In this document: piece by piece, positions 25,033-33,894 of the stretch
How the letters are laid out: each line of letters opens with the position of its first letter
Numbering within the stretch: the first letter of the stretch is position 1
IMG/VR virus record: IMGVR_UViG_3300031986_000023
Location: 1 to 53,667 of that record
From: a virus
Taxonomy: Duplodnaviria > Caudoviricetes
Length of the DNA: 53,667 nucleotides
Reading direction: 5' to 3' (one strand)
Program-made: the position numbers and the translations under genes
The notes under the pieces: generated by a model
Told to the model about the DNA's origin: nothing
Database searches by the model: none
What the model saw: only the letters and a program-made list of their open reading frames with translations

Positions 25033-26070
25033 TCAGACGCTGATGCTGTAGAAGACGCCCGAGCGGTTGTTGTAATCCGCTCGGATTTCGAGGCCCATCG
25101 CGCCGGCGACATCGAACTGATAGTTCGCGCGCGGACGGTCGCGGGGGATGGCGGTCGTTGCGACGGCCATGCCGATGAGCGGGCGGATATATTCGGCGCT
25201 CGGGACGAAGGCGAAGAACTCGTTGCCCGAAAGCTCGAAGGTCACCTCGATCGCCTGAATGCGACGATTGGTCTTGAGAAAGTCCATGATCGTCCCGGCC
25301 TTGAAGCCAGCCGAGCCCGAATAGGTCTTGTCCCATGCTCGTGCGATTTCCGGCGACACAAACAGGACCACGCCCTGCGCGATATAGTTCGCATCGAGCG
25401 CCGCACCAAAAACACCCGTGAAGAACGCGTCCAGCGCATCAGCCGTAGCGGTCGTCAGGTTGATGTTCGCGCCGCCTGCGCCGATGTTGATCGACTTCGA
25501 CAGCGGATGGGTGCGGATGCCGTAGCCCGTGTAGCCCTGGAAGACGACGGTCGCGTCGCCGTTCAGTGCATAGAGCGCCTGGTCGCGGCGGATCTTGGCG
25601 GTGTGCGCTTCCTGATCGTCGGAAAGTGCGTCGAAGTTCTCCGACTGCAGGCTGTTCCATTCGCGCCATTCGCGACCAAAGGCCGTGTGAAACATCGGAA
25701 CGACCGTGCCGCGGTAGTCATAGACGACCTTATCGAGCGGCACCGGCACCTGCCCCGACATGCTGCGGATCACCGTGCCAGCATCCGAAGAGACGCGATT
25801 CAGGTGAACGAGCTTGCCGATGTTCACCGGCTTGGCCAGCGGCATCAGGTAGCGCATCCAGACTTCGCCTTCATCGGCGCGCATGACGCGGCGGGTAATG
25901 GCGTCCATGTCGAGCCATGCGTCGCGCGGCAGGACCGATGCGGCGTTGCCGATCGATGCCATGCCGTCCTCGTTGGCGTGCCAGAAGTCGCGGTCATCGT
26001 TGACCTCGTCGAACCAGACGCCGTGCTGGCGGGGGTGGTTGGCAATGAGCTGCTGATCGAAATAACGCAT
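25033..26070 (-). CDS. Major capsid protein
   Basis: 345 aa after the protease and decoration genes; strong codon bias; GYG(I)RTHP motif. Confidence 0.9.
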   Translation of the reverse strand: MRYFDQQLIANHPRQHGVWFDEVNDDRDFWHANEDGMASIGNAASVLPRDAWLDMDAITRRVMRADEGEVWMRYLMPLAKPVNIGKLVHLNRVSSDAGTVIRSMSGQVPVPLDKVVYDYRGTVVPMFHTAFGREWREWNSLQSENFDALSDDQEAHTAKIRRDQALYALNGDATVVFQGYTGYGIRTHPLSKSINIGAGGANINLTTATADALDAFFTGVFGAALDANYIAQGVVLFVSPEIARAWDKTYSGSAGFKAGTIMDFLKTNRRIQAIEVTFELSGNEFFAFVPSAEYIRPLIGMAVATTAIPRDRPRANYQFDVAGAMGLEIRADYNNRSGVFYSISV

Positions 26071-26082
26071 CTGTGTGGCCCC

Positions 26083-26532
26083 TTATGCCTTGACGATACC
26101 GGGCTGCGCCTTGCGAGCGCGAACCAGCTGATCGGCGCCGGAAGCGTTGTTGTAAGCCTCCTCCGCGATCATCTTGACGTTCTGGCCCGTGGTCGCGAGC
26201 GTGAACTTGCCGGACGAATGCACGGCCAACTCGGAGCCGCGCGCTACGTTGACGCCGGTCGGGACCCGGACGTTGAAGAACTGCTCATCGAGCGGCTCCA
26301 TGCCAATGATGCGATCGTTGGCAGGCCACGCCGTGTCGACATCCTTGAGCGCGAGATAGTTATCCTGCGCGATGTAGATCTTTACGGCGGCGTTGGCGCC
26401 TGCCTGGGCGAAGTTCGCGCCGCTCTCGATCAGGGCGGTGCCGGGCAGGACTGCAGTGGTGCAGATCCGCTCCTGAACCTGCGGCAGGTTCTCCGAAGCG
26501 GGGCCGGCGAAAATTTTATTGAAGCGTGCCAT
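26083..26532 (-). CDS. Capsid decoration/cement protein
   Basis: 149 aa, beta-rich, between scaffold and capsid genes. Confidence 0.75.
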   Translation of the reverse strand: MARFNKIFAGPASENLPQVQERICTTAVLPGTALIESGANFAQAGANAAVKIYIAQDNYLALKDVDTAWPANDRIIGMEPLDEQFFNVRVPTGVNVARGSELAVHSSGKFTLATTGQNVKMIAEEAYNNASGADQLVRARKAQPGIVKA

Positions 26533-26538
26533 GCTAGC

Positions 26539-27687
26539 TTACTCCCCCTTCGGCGCGAGCGCCGCGCGATCGGTCTTGGCCGTCGGGTTGAACGCGCCAT
26601 TCAGGCGGTGAGCCGGAAGCGGAGCGCGATCTTTCGAGCCAGCGAGCAGCGCATTGAGCACGGGCGCGGGCGAAGCCTTGGCCAGTTCCTCGGTCAGCAG
26701 TTCGGCCTCGACAACCTGATTGACCAGCGCGGCATGTTCCGCATCGGCCTTGTCCTTGTCGGCCTTGGCCTGCGCTTCGAGCGCATCGGTGACGGGCTTG
26801 AGCGCGTTGCCGACTGCGGTGGTGATCTTTTCGTCGAGACCGGCGACGGTATCGGACAGCGCCGCGACCTTCCCCGAGAGTTCGTCAAACTGCGCCTTGT
26901 CCATAGCGTCCTCACTTGTGTTCAGGGCAACGCCCTCGGTTGTTTCGGGCGTCGGGTCACCCTGAACTAGGTCGGTGATATACGTTTTGATGCGCTCGAT
27001 CAATGAAATTTGTTTCTTTCGTTCAACACCGCGCAACATACTTTCAATCGACCATCCGATGTCACGATCGATGTCGTCGGTGAGCGAGCAGTTGATGACG
27101 TCGATTTTGCCGCCGTCCTCGGCTTTGGCGGCGTTCACCATCAGGCCAACGCCCTGCGCCGGGGTAGCTGCGCCGTCCTCGCCGACGAGGATCGCATCGT
27201 GGTCGAAAACGATGTCGGAGGCGTCCCAATCGGCCTCGTCATCGTTCTGCACCGCGGTCAGCATGCAATAGAGGCCGGTCGACGAATGGATCGGCTCACC
27301 CTTTTCGATCGCGGAGAGCACGGTCTTGCCGCCGTCGAGCTGATTGGCGAAGGCGACGTCGATGACCTTGTCGACGAACACGCGGCCATTCTCGCGGCGG
27401 ACGTTCTTGTTCCAGGCGCCGATGAAGCCGCGCACCAGTCCCTCGGGATCCTTGGCGGACACGAATGCGCCCTCAATCGTCGGGTGACCGAGCGGGGCAG
27501 GCGTGTTTTCGAGGCTGCCGAATGCTTTGGCGATCTCATCTGCTGGATAGCGGACGCGATTCATGATGATGCCGTCGGGCATGGTAGCGCTCGGGACGAC
27601 GATGTAATCGCGGCCGTCGCGGCGCTCGCGGCGGATGGCGCTGTTGTCGATCGCGTGGCGGACGTTGACGCGGACTTGTTTGGTCAT
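26539..27687 (-). CDS. Prohead protease/scaffold (DUF2213-like)
   Basis: PLGHP, HSSTG and DHDAIL..E.GA motifs; helical C-terminal scaffold region. Confidence 0.8.
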   Translation of the reverse strand: MTKQVRVNVRHAIDNSAIRRERRDGRDYIVVPSATMPDGIIMNRVRYPADEIAKAFGSLENTPAPLGHPTIEGAFVSAKDPEGLVRGFIGAWNKNVRRENGRVFVDKVIDVAFANQLDGGKTVLSAIEKGEPIHSSTGLYCMLTAVQNDDEADWDASDIVFDHDAILVGEDGAATPAQGVGLMVNAAKAEDGGKIDVINCSLTDDIDRDIGWSIESMLRGVERKKQISLIERIKTYITDLVQGDPTPETTEGVALNTSEDAMDKAQFDELSGKVAALSDTVAGLDEKITTAVGNALKPVTDALEAQAKADKDKADAEHAALVNQVVEAELLTEELAKASPAPVLNALLAGSKDRAPLPAHRLNGAFNPTAKTDRAALAPKGE

Positions 27688-27881
27688 TTTGCACCCTTTC
27701 GGCACTCGGCCTGACATTTCTCGATGACGCCCGCCAAGGTCGGCATGTCTTCCGTCTCGACTTGAAGTAGGGTCGTGTTGTGCGTGAGCGCGCCAGCATC
27801 CCGGTAACTGTAACCGGCATCAGTCAAACTCCGCCGAAAGACGGGTAGTTTCCAGTTATCGACGGCGATCCCGGCTTTCAT
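27684..27881 (-). CDS. Hypothetical phage protein
   Basis: ATGA overlaps on both sides. Confidence 0.6.
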   Translation of the reverse strand: MKAGIAVDNWKLPVFRRSLTDAGYSYRDAGALTHNTTLLQVETEDMPTLAGVIEKCQAECRKGAK

Positions 27882-28207
27882 GTCCCGACCTTCTCGCCGG
27901 TGCCGTCCCAAACGAACTCGCCATCGGGACCGACGGGAAAATGCGTGCCGCAGCCGCAACAGAACGTGCCGCTGTAGAAATTGGGGTCGCGGGCATAGGT
28001 CTCGGCAAGCGCAAGGCCCATCGTGGTTTTCACGCCGCACTTCTGGTGAATGTAGGACTGCCGCACGGGGCGAACGAAGCCCTTGGCGCGCTCCTCGTCG
28101 GAGAGGACGACATAGGCCTTTTGCTGGCCAGCGCGGGGACCACAGTCGATGATCTCGCGATGATCAGGGGTGACAGGCGAGCCGTCGGTTAGGGTGGTTT
28201 TGGTCAT
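27878..28207 (-). CDS. Zn-binding hypothetical protein (HxxC...CxxC)
   Basis: HQKCG...TFCCGC; ATGA-coupled to the portal. Confidence 0.7.
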   Translation of the reverse strand: MTKTTLTDGSPVTPDHREIIDCGPRAGQQKAYVVLSDEERAKGFVRPVRQSYIHQKCGVKTTMGLALAETYARDPNFYSGTFCCGCGTHFPVGPDGEFVWDGTGEKVGT

Positions 28208-29610
28208 TCAGTCACCTCGTCATCAGCTTCATCATCCGGCACGACCTCACTCGGCCCATCCTCGGCCATCTCAGCCGCACGCGCCTCTTTCTCGGCCAGA
28301 TACTCGGCAAAGCCCTCGACCTCGTCGGCGACCTTGTACCCGGCCTCTTCGCGGATCTCGTCGGGCAGGAAGACGAGTTCGGTTCCGGCTTGCTGGTTGA
28401 TCGTCGACATCTTGGCCGCGCGATCGAGCTTGTCGTCGGGGGATGCTTCGAGGAGGGACGTCCAGCCGATGGTCCAGTCCTTGGCTTCCAGCACTCCCCA
28501 CGCGACCAGCCGGTCGATGAAGTCCTGCAGGATTGGCATGACGCGGTTCTCGCGGCGCGACATATTGGTCTCGGCCCAGCCCTTGGCGTCCTCGGTGCTG
28601 GCGCGTTCGCCGGTGACATTGCCGATCAATTCCTTGAACGGGATTTGCATCGAGGCTGCGAACGATTGCACCGCCGATTCCCAGAACTCTTTGGGCTGCG
28701 GCAGGGTGATGGTGAGAGGTTTGGCCTGAAACCCGCCGAGCATCAGAGCATTGTCAAACCCCGATTGGAATGCCTCAACCTTGTCGTTCAACTGGTCTTT
28801 GACATCCTCGACGCTGGCGGCGCCCATGCCGCGGCGGATGTCCTCGGGCGAAATGCCCTGCGGCGCCTCGATGATCGGCGCACCGCGCGACGACTTCCAG
28901 AAGCCCTCGGCGCCAGCGCCCTTGATCTTTTCGGCATCGCTGACATCGTTGTACCCCGGCTCAAGTGCCGAGCGGCAATTGAGGGTGCCGTCGCCCGACC
29001 AGATGAGCACGCGGTCCCGGTGGATGCGGATCTGTGACTTGCCGACGTTCTGCGGATTTCCTACCGCCTGCTCGTCGAACTGATAATAGAGCGGCTCGCC
29101 ATAGGTTTCGCTGGTCTCGACAGCGTCCCATTCGATGGGCTTCAACTGGTCCTGCCAGGCGGGGATGATGCCGACGACGTTCTCGATACCTTTGCGGACG
29201 CGCACGACCGGCTGGCTGAGCGGTATGCCATCGCGGAGCAGGATGATCGCCCCGGCATATTCGCCCACCATTGACCGGCGATCGGCGTCCATGAACGCAC
29301 GCCAGATTTTGCGCTTGGCGAAATGCTTGCGGATCGCCTCCTCGGCGGCGCTTTCGGCGGGCTCTTCCGACTCCCACAGCGCGGGCATGGTCGCCCACGT
29401 CTTCCCGATCGTCTTGTCGACGGCGGCAGCCGCGAGACCGGAGCGGCTGTAGAGCCGATAGAAATGCTGGAAACAGAGCTCGGCTGGCCAGCCATAGTCG
29501 CGGCCATAGTCGTGCTTCGTGTTGAGACCATAGGCCCACGGGAACGCACGCGCGAGCCGGTCGCGCACAAAACTCGATGCGTTTGCCAAGAGAGAACCGT
29601 GCGCCGCCAT
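28204..29610 (-). CDS. Portal protein (DUF1073-type)
   Basis: 468 aa after terL; IHRDRV, IP...L.G...GERASTED motifs. Confidence 0.9.
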   Translation of the reverse strand: MAAHGSLLANASSFVRDRLARAFPWAYGLNTKHDYGRDYGWPAELCFQHFYRLYSRSGLAAAAVDKTIGKTWATMPALWESEEPAESAAEEAIRKHFAKRKIWRAFMDADRRSMVGEYAGAIILLRDGIPLSQPVVRVRKGIENVVGIIPAWQDQLKPIEWDAVETSETYGEPLYYQFDEQAVGNPQNVGKSQIRIHRDRVLIWSGDGTLNCRSALEPGYNDVSDAEKIKGAGAEGFWKSSRGAPIIEAPQGISPEDIRRGMGAASVEDVKDQLNDKVEAFQSGFDNALMLGGFQAKPLTITLPQPKEFWESAVQSFAASMQIPFKELIGNVTGERASTEDAKGWAETNMSRRENRVMPILQDFIDRLVAWGVLEAKDWTIGWTSLLEASPDDKLDRAAKMSTINQQAGTELVFLPDEIREEAGYKVADEVEGFAEYLAEKEARAAEMAEDGPSEVVPDDEADDEVTE

Positions 29611-29616
29611 GGCATA

Positions 29617-29655
29617 TCGTTACGCTATGTTGCGCTGTGGCGCAATAATGTTGCG
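29617..29655 (-). promoter_or_regulatory. Putative late promoter CGCAACATTA-TTGCGC-N17-TAACGA, probably leaderless
   Basis: -10 lies 6 nt before the portal ATG, no SD; second CGCAACAT copy in the spacer. Confidence 0.6.
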
Positions 29656-29658
29656 TGG

Positions 29659-31158
29659 CTACATGAACCAGCCTGACGGACCATGATCCACCTTCGCATA
29701 AGCCATCACCACAGCATCGGCGAGGTTGTGCGACGGGAAGCCGCGCGTCTTGAGTGATTTCTTGCTCTCGACCTTCATCCTGCCATTCACGCTCTCGCGC
29801 CGCGGCTGTGACAATTCTCCCTGCAATTTGGTCCGCAGCTTCGTCGGAAGGCCCGTCGGGATCGAGATCAGCTGTTCGGGGTCATAAGGCAGCCCATTGC
29901 GCGCCTGCCAGGTGTTGCGGAACCGATCGCCGAGCGTGCCCCATCCTTGCGCCTTGAGGTTGGCGAACATATCGCCGTGCGTCTTACCTGGTTGATACTC
30001 GCGATCGGGATCGGTCGGGCTTTCCGATGCTGTCCAGCCGATATATTCGGTTTTCCGCGGCGGGTTGGCTTCGGCCTCTAGCCGCTGGAATTCCCCCTTC
30101 ACCGATGCGCCGACGCCGATGTCATCGATATGCAGCGTGTCCAGCCCCTCGCGCATGACGATCGGGTGAGCATAAGCCGCCGCCTTGTTCGGGTTTTCGT
30201 CCTGCCACTCCTCTAGCCCGGCAAGCACGCAGCCATAGCGCCATGCCAGCGCGTTCGGGTCGTTCGATTTCGGGGCAATGACGTCGCCCTCGACGCCGCC
30301 CGATATGTCCATGCCCCCGATCTTGCCGCCGCCCATGGGGAAATCGGGGATATGCAGGTGCGCGTCCAATGAAGCCTCGACCCATACCGGCTTGATGATC
30401 GCCAGCGCATTGTCGGCCACCGGCTCGCCTAGATAGACATGCCGAAATAGCTCGGGATCGGTGACGCGCATCAAATCGGCGTCGTCGGCGAGTTCCTGGG
30501 GGAAAAACGGGTTGTCGGTGTAATTGACCTTGAGCACGATCGCGTAGGGCTTGCCGTGCAGCGTGGCGGGATAGATCGGCTCGACGACGAAAGCCTGATA
30601 GATGAAATCGAGCGGAGATGCCGGGTTGAAGCAGACGATGATTTCGCTGCCAGCCTTACGCATCGTCGGTACCAGCGCGTTCCAGCTATCCTTGGTGATG
30701 CTCTCGCCCTCGTCGATGAAGGCACAATCGAAATTCGAGAACCCCTTGAGCTTTTGGTTTTGCAGACGCTTCGATGATGCGCGGATGCCCGAGAATTTGA
30801 ACACGCCGCCCGATGATGGGCAGGATATTTCGGTCTTGGTGATGTCGAAGAAGGCGCTGAGATTGCGGCGGTCAATTTCCTCGACGATCTCCTGATAGCT
30901 GCTCTCGGCAATCGCCTCCATCAGCTCACGGAAACAGACAACGCGCCAGCCAGAATAGAGCACGTTGTTGACGAGGATCGTGATGACCGTGCGCGTCTTC
31001 GAACTGCCGCGGCCGCCATACGACACCTTGAAGCGCGCCGGCTGCAGGAACGGGTGGAAGATCGCGGGAATCGGGCATTCGAATATCGGCCCGCCGTTGT
31101 GGCCTATGCCGGGGGCTTCTGCGGTCAGGTCGTTGGTGAAACCGGTGGCGGGGCTCAT
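29659..31158 (-). CDS. terL: Terminase large subunit (PBSX-like)
   Basis: Walker A YGGRGSSKT, Walker B FIDEG, FNP motif, C-terminal SHNLADA nuclease motif. Confidence 0.95.
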   Translation of the reverse strand: MSPATGFTNDLTAEAPGIGHNGGPIFECPIPAIFHPFLQPARFKVSYGGRGSSKTRTVITILVNNVLYSGWRVVCFRELMEAIAESSYQEIVEEIDRRNLSAFFDITKTEISCPSSGGVFKFSGIRASSKRLQNQKLKGFSNFDCAFIDEGESITKDSWNALVPTMRKAGSEIIVCFNPASPLDFIYQAFVVEPIYPATLHGKPYAIVLKVNYTDNPFFPQELADDADLMRVTDPELFRHVYLGEPVADNALAIIKPVWVEASLDAHLHIPDFPMGGGKIGGMDISGGVEGDVIAPKSNDPNALAWRYGCVLAGLEEWQDENPNKAAAYAHPIVMREGLDTLHIDDIGVGASVKGEFQRLEAEANPPRKTEYIGWTASESPTDPDREYQPGKTHGDMFANLKAQGWGTLGDRFRNTWQARNGLPYDPEQLISIPTGLPTKLRTKLQGELSQPRRESVNGRMKVESKKSLKTRGFPSHNLADAVVMAYAKVDHGPSGWFM

Positions 31159-31424
31159 TCGTGTCCGTCGCTCACCTCTACGCCCATCGCGCGTAGCTGG
31201 CGGCGCAGGCGGTAAACCTCGGGTAGGTTCGGAACGGAAAGATTACTCTCGACGCCTATGGCGGCCGCTTGCTTGATCGCGCACGGCCCGCAACGCGCCG
31301 TTTCGCCGTATTCCCAGCATGCGCCGGGCGTGGGGCAGATGCCCTCCACATCATCACGCCAGAGAAGGCGCTGCGGATCGGTCAGTGTGCGGCGTTCGCG
31401 GTCAGTGAGTTCGGTCAGTTTCAC
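31155..31424 (-). CDS. Cys-rich hypothetical protein
   Basis: CPTPGAC...CGPC; coupled to terL. Confidence 0.5.
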   Translation of the reverse strand: MKLTELTDRERRTLTDPQRLLWRDDVEGICPTPGACWEYGETARCGPCAIKQAAAIGVESNLSVPNLPEVYRLRRQLRAMGVEVSDGHE

Positions 31425-31540
31425 CAATCGCCTCCGAAATCAGCCACTTCGACGCACTCATGACAGAGTTCGGGGGTTGCCATATCTTCGGGAATGTATT
31501 CTTCGCCGCACCATTCGCAGCAGACGAAATCATCATCCAT
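31421..31540 (-). CDS. 39-aa acidic zinc-finger micro-protein (CEWC...CHEC)
   Basis: MDDDFVCCEWCGEEYIPEDMATPELCHECVEVADFGGDW; overlaps the terS stop and the next start. Confidence 0.55.
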   Translation of the reverse strand: MDDDFVCCEWCGEEYIPEDMATPELCHECVEVADFGGDW

Positions 31541-31955
31541 TGCCGCTCACCCCTTCTGTCCGCTCAACCAGCTTGTAGGTCGGTTCCTTCGGCGTCATGC
31601 TGCCGTCCGACGAGCGCAGATCATGCTTGTCGATGATCAACCCATTGAGTTTTGCCGCATCCATCAGCGATGCGCGCGCTACCGACAGGAGCGGAGCATC
31701 GGTCGCGGCTTCGCCCTTTGCTGCAATCGCGAGCAGCCGTTCAGTGATGTTTTCGACGGTCACCCCGGCCTTTTCGGCGGCACGTTCCTGCAGTTCGACG
31801 AGGCGCGCGCCTACCTTTTCATTTCCTTTCAAGCGGACAGCGTTGCCGTCGTTCTTTTTGTAGCCTGCATTCACATAGGCTTCGCTGGCACTGACGCCCT
31901 TCGCGAGTTCCTGCGCAAAGCGTTCATGGCGTGCGTTTTTGATCGGTCCGCTCAT
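31533..31955 (-). CDS. terS: Terminase small subunit
   Basis: RHERFAQ...SASEAY..AGY....A.RL....V..R..EL pattern. Confidence 0.9.
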   Translation of the reverse strand: MSGPIKNARHERFAQELAKGVSASEAYVNAGYKKNDGNAVRLKGNEKVGARLVELQERAAEKAGVTVENITERLLAIAAKGEAATDAPLLSVARASLMDAAKLNGLIIDKHDLRSSDGSMTPKEPTYKLVERTEGVSGNG

Positions 31956-32143
31956 ATCGTCTTCACCAATTCCACCACCTGCGCTTCGTTGAATCCCTCG
32001 GCGATGTAGGCGAGAAACAGCGTGCGCTTGCTGTGAGCGATGTTCGCCGCCTCATTGGCCAGTGCGACCCATATCGCAGCTAACTCGCGCGCACCGTCGG
32101 CGGGATTCGCTTTGGGCGGTTCGGGGCGGTTCAAATCTTTCAC
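31952..32143 (-). CDS. Hypothetical phage protein
   Basis: LAY.AEGF.E.Q..EL motif; coupled. Confidence 0.6.
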   Translation of the reverse strand: MKDLNRPEPPKANPADGARELAAIWVALANEAANIAHSKRTLFLAYIAEGFNEAQVVELVKTI

Positions 32144-32706
32144 GCCCCCGGCCCCGCAACATCAGCCCAATGGGTCGGAACAATCGGGCGGTTGGTCTCG
32201 ACGCCAACCCAAAATCCGCCAACCCATGTCGAACCGTTCCAGTCACCACAGAACCAGCGCCCGAAAACGGGTGGGCCAGCGCACAAGAGAACCTCCCGGC
32301 CATCCTTCATTTCGTCGGGCAATTCATCAATCGGCCTAAAATCTGCGGTGATCGCCTTGATAAAATCCATCCGACGATGGCTCACCTTGGCCATTTTCGA
32401 CACCTCTAAACGGATCGGCTCGCAGTCGGGAGGAGGGATATCGGCCCAATGCGTCACGCCAGATAGCGGCCATCCGGATTCACACCATCCGTGCAAGCCC
32501 CAGAAGCCGACAGCCGCACAGTCGTAATCGCGAGAAGCGTCTCGAATCCAAAGCAACAAGTCTCGCCCGTCGCATCGATCCTCGGGAAGGCTGTCAATGT
32601 CGCGCCAATCGACACCCCCGGTCGCAGTCGGTTCGGTATTCCCGGCGCCCATCATCCTGACCACGTCGGATTTGGTGATAATCCCTTTTATTGATGTAGA
32701 GTTCAT
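32140..32706 (-). CDS. Protein with two tandem DUF551-like domains
   Basis: Two copies of (W/F)R.ID.LP....DGR..LL...THWAD. Confidence 0.7.
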   Translation of the reverse strand: MNSTSIKGIITKSDVVRMMGAGNTEPTATGGVDWRDIDSLPEDRCDGRDLLLWIRDASRDYDCAAVGFWGLHGWCESGWPLSGVTHWADIPPPDCEPIRLEVSKMAKVSHRRMDFIKAITADFRPIDELPDEMKDGREVLLCAGPPVFGRWFCGDWNGSTWVGGFWVGVETNRPIVPTHWADVAGPGA

Positions 32707-32951
32707 TTCGGTCCCTTCTCGAAATATTGCCCGTGGAAGGCGTAGCCACCAAGCGGCAGGACGGTGACGACGGTGTGATCTTGAACGACGGCGCGGTGGC
32801 CGCTGGGCAGGATGACCGAGCATCGACCGAGCGCGGCGGCGCAAAGGAATGCCCGAGACGACAGCGCGCGCTCAGCTTCAGCGTCATCGACGTTGCGGAC
32901 GCGCTCGCGGTATCGCTTCACGGCATGGGCGGAGACGGTGAGATTAACCAC
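32703..32951 (-). CDS. Small protein with SxHAxxRYxER motif
   Basis: VSAHAVKRYRERV...VVQDHTVVTVLP. Confidence 0.6.
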   Translation of the reverse strand: MVNLTVSAHAVKRYRERVRNVDDAEAERALSSRAFLCAAALGRCSVILPSGHRAVVQDHTVVTVLPLGGYAFHGQYFEKGPK

Positions 32952-33246
32952 TGGCCTGACCTCCCGATTTGAGAAGGTCGCGAACCTGTTTCTCCCTGCG
33001 CACGTCGGCAGGATTCCTGACAATCCCTTTGCTGTCGTGCCAAGTCAGGCTGTGGCGCAGGAACCAGTCGGCGGGCAGTTCGAAAATGCCGCCGTTGACG
33101 AACGGCTCAAGGTCGCGCGGGTTTTCGGCGAGATGTCCGATAATTCCCCCCGCCGTTTCCATCGCGCCGACACCGGCCTGTTGACCAAACGCAGCGGCGC
33201 GCATGGCAATCAGTTCGATCACAGCTTGGGCATCATAGGTTTTCAC
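32944..33246 (-). CDS. Hypothetical phage protein
   Basis: Coupled; plausible composition. Confidence 0.55.
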   Translation of the reverse strand: MKTYDAQAVIELIAMRAAAFGQQAGVGAMETAGGIIGHLAENPRDLEPFVNGGIFELPADWFLRHSLTWHDSKGIVRNPADVRREKQVRDLLKSGGQASG

Positions 33247-33404
33247 GCCGCCTTCTCTTCAAACTCAGCAATCGCAAAAGCATCATCGCTCCGCCGCCAG
33301 TTCGCCCACCACTTCGCTGCGCGGTACGGACTGACCTCGCCGTTGCGGTAGCGCACGCGAATCTCGGCATCGGGGAGGACGGGGCGCGAGCCTTCGTTAC
33401 GCAT
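33243..33404 (-). CDS. 53-aa hypothetical protein (VRYRNG motif)
   Basis: Fills the gap with overlaps on both sides; read manually. Confidence 0.5.
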   Translation of the reverse strand: MRNEGSRPVLPDAEIRVRYRNGEVSPYRAAKWWANWRRSDDAFAIAEFEEKAA

Positions 33405-33894
33405 CCATGTCACCGGCCTGCCCTTTCAGTTTGGCAATGAGCTCGCCCATCATCGAACCGACCTCGGCGGATTCATCGGGGCGGCGCTCGTTGCGATCGG
33501 GGCGGGCAAGGCGCGGCGCGTTGCGGTTCGACCATGCGGCTTCCTCGCGGGCCAGGCGCTTGCGATAGATGTCGGCAACCTCCTGGCTTTCGCGGACGAT
33601 GGTCGGGACCAGCTTGGCCGGGTGCTCGACGATGCGCTGCGCTGTTTTGCAGGCGTCGCGAAAGGGCTGGGCAGGGATATCTCGCACGACGGCCCATGCG
33701 GCCGAGAGCCACAGCGCCCGCTCATCGTTCGACATGCCCGAGGGCGCGCACAGGGTCAGGCATACGCCCAACTCCCCAATCGCTGCTTGGCGGTCGAGGG
33801 GCATCGCGTCCGTCCGCGCCGCCAGTAAGCTCGATGGCTCGCTGCATGGCGTCGAGGGTGGTTGGTTTCCGATACTGGTGGGCTGGCTGGCCAT
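33397..33894 (-). CDS. Replication accessory protein (possible helicase loader/inhibitor)
   Basis: Directly after and overlapping the replication initiator. Confidence 0.5.
   Translation of the reverse strand: MASQPTSIGNQPPSTPCSEPSSLLAARTDAMPLDRQAAIGELGVCLTLCAPSGMSNDERALWLSAAWAVVRDIPAQPFRDACKTAQRIVEHPAKLVPTIVRESQEVADIYRKRLAREEAAWSNRNAPRLARPDRNERRPDESAEVGSMMGELIAKLKGQAGDMDA

Noticed and set aside
24349-26970. 873-aa ORF antisense to the capsid block
   Set aside because: Codon-aligned shadow of four same-frame, strongly biased GC-rich genes; no motif or SD
28204-29610. Possible anti-CBASS Acb1 label for the DUF1073 protein
   Set aside because: Size, motifs and position after terL indicate a portal; no paired HxT phosphoesterase motifs seen
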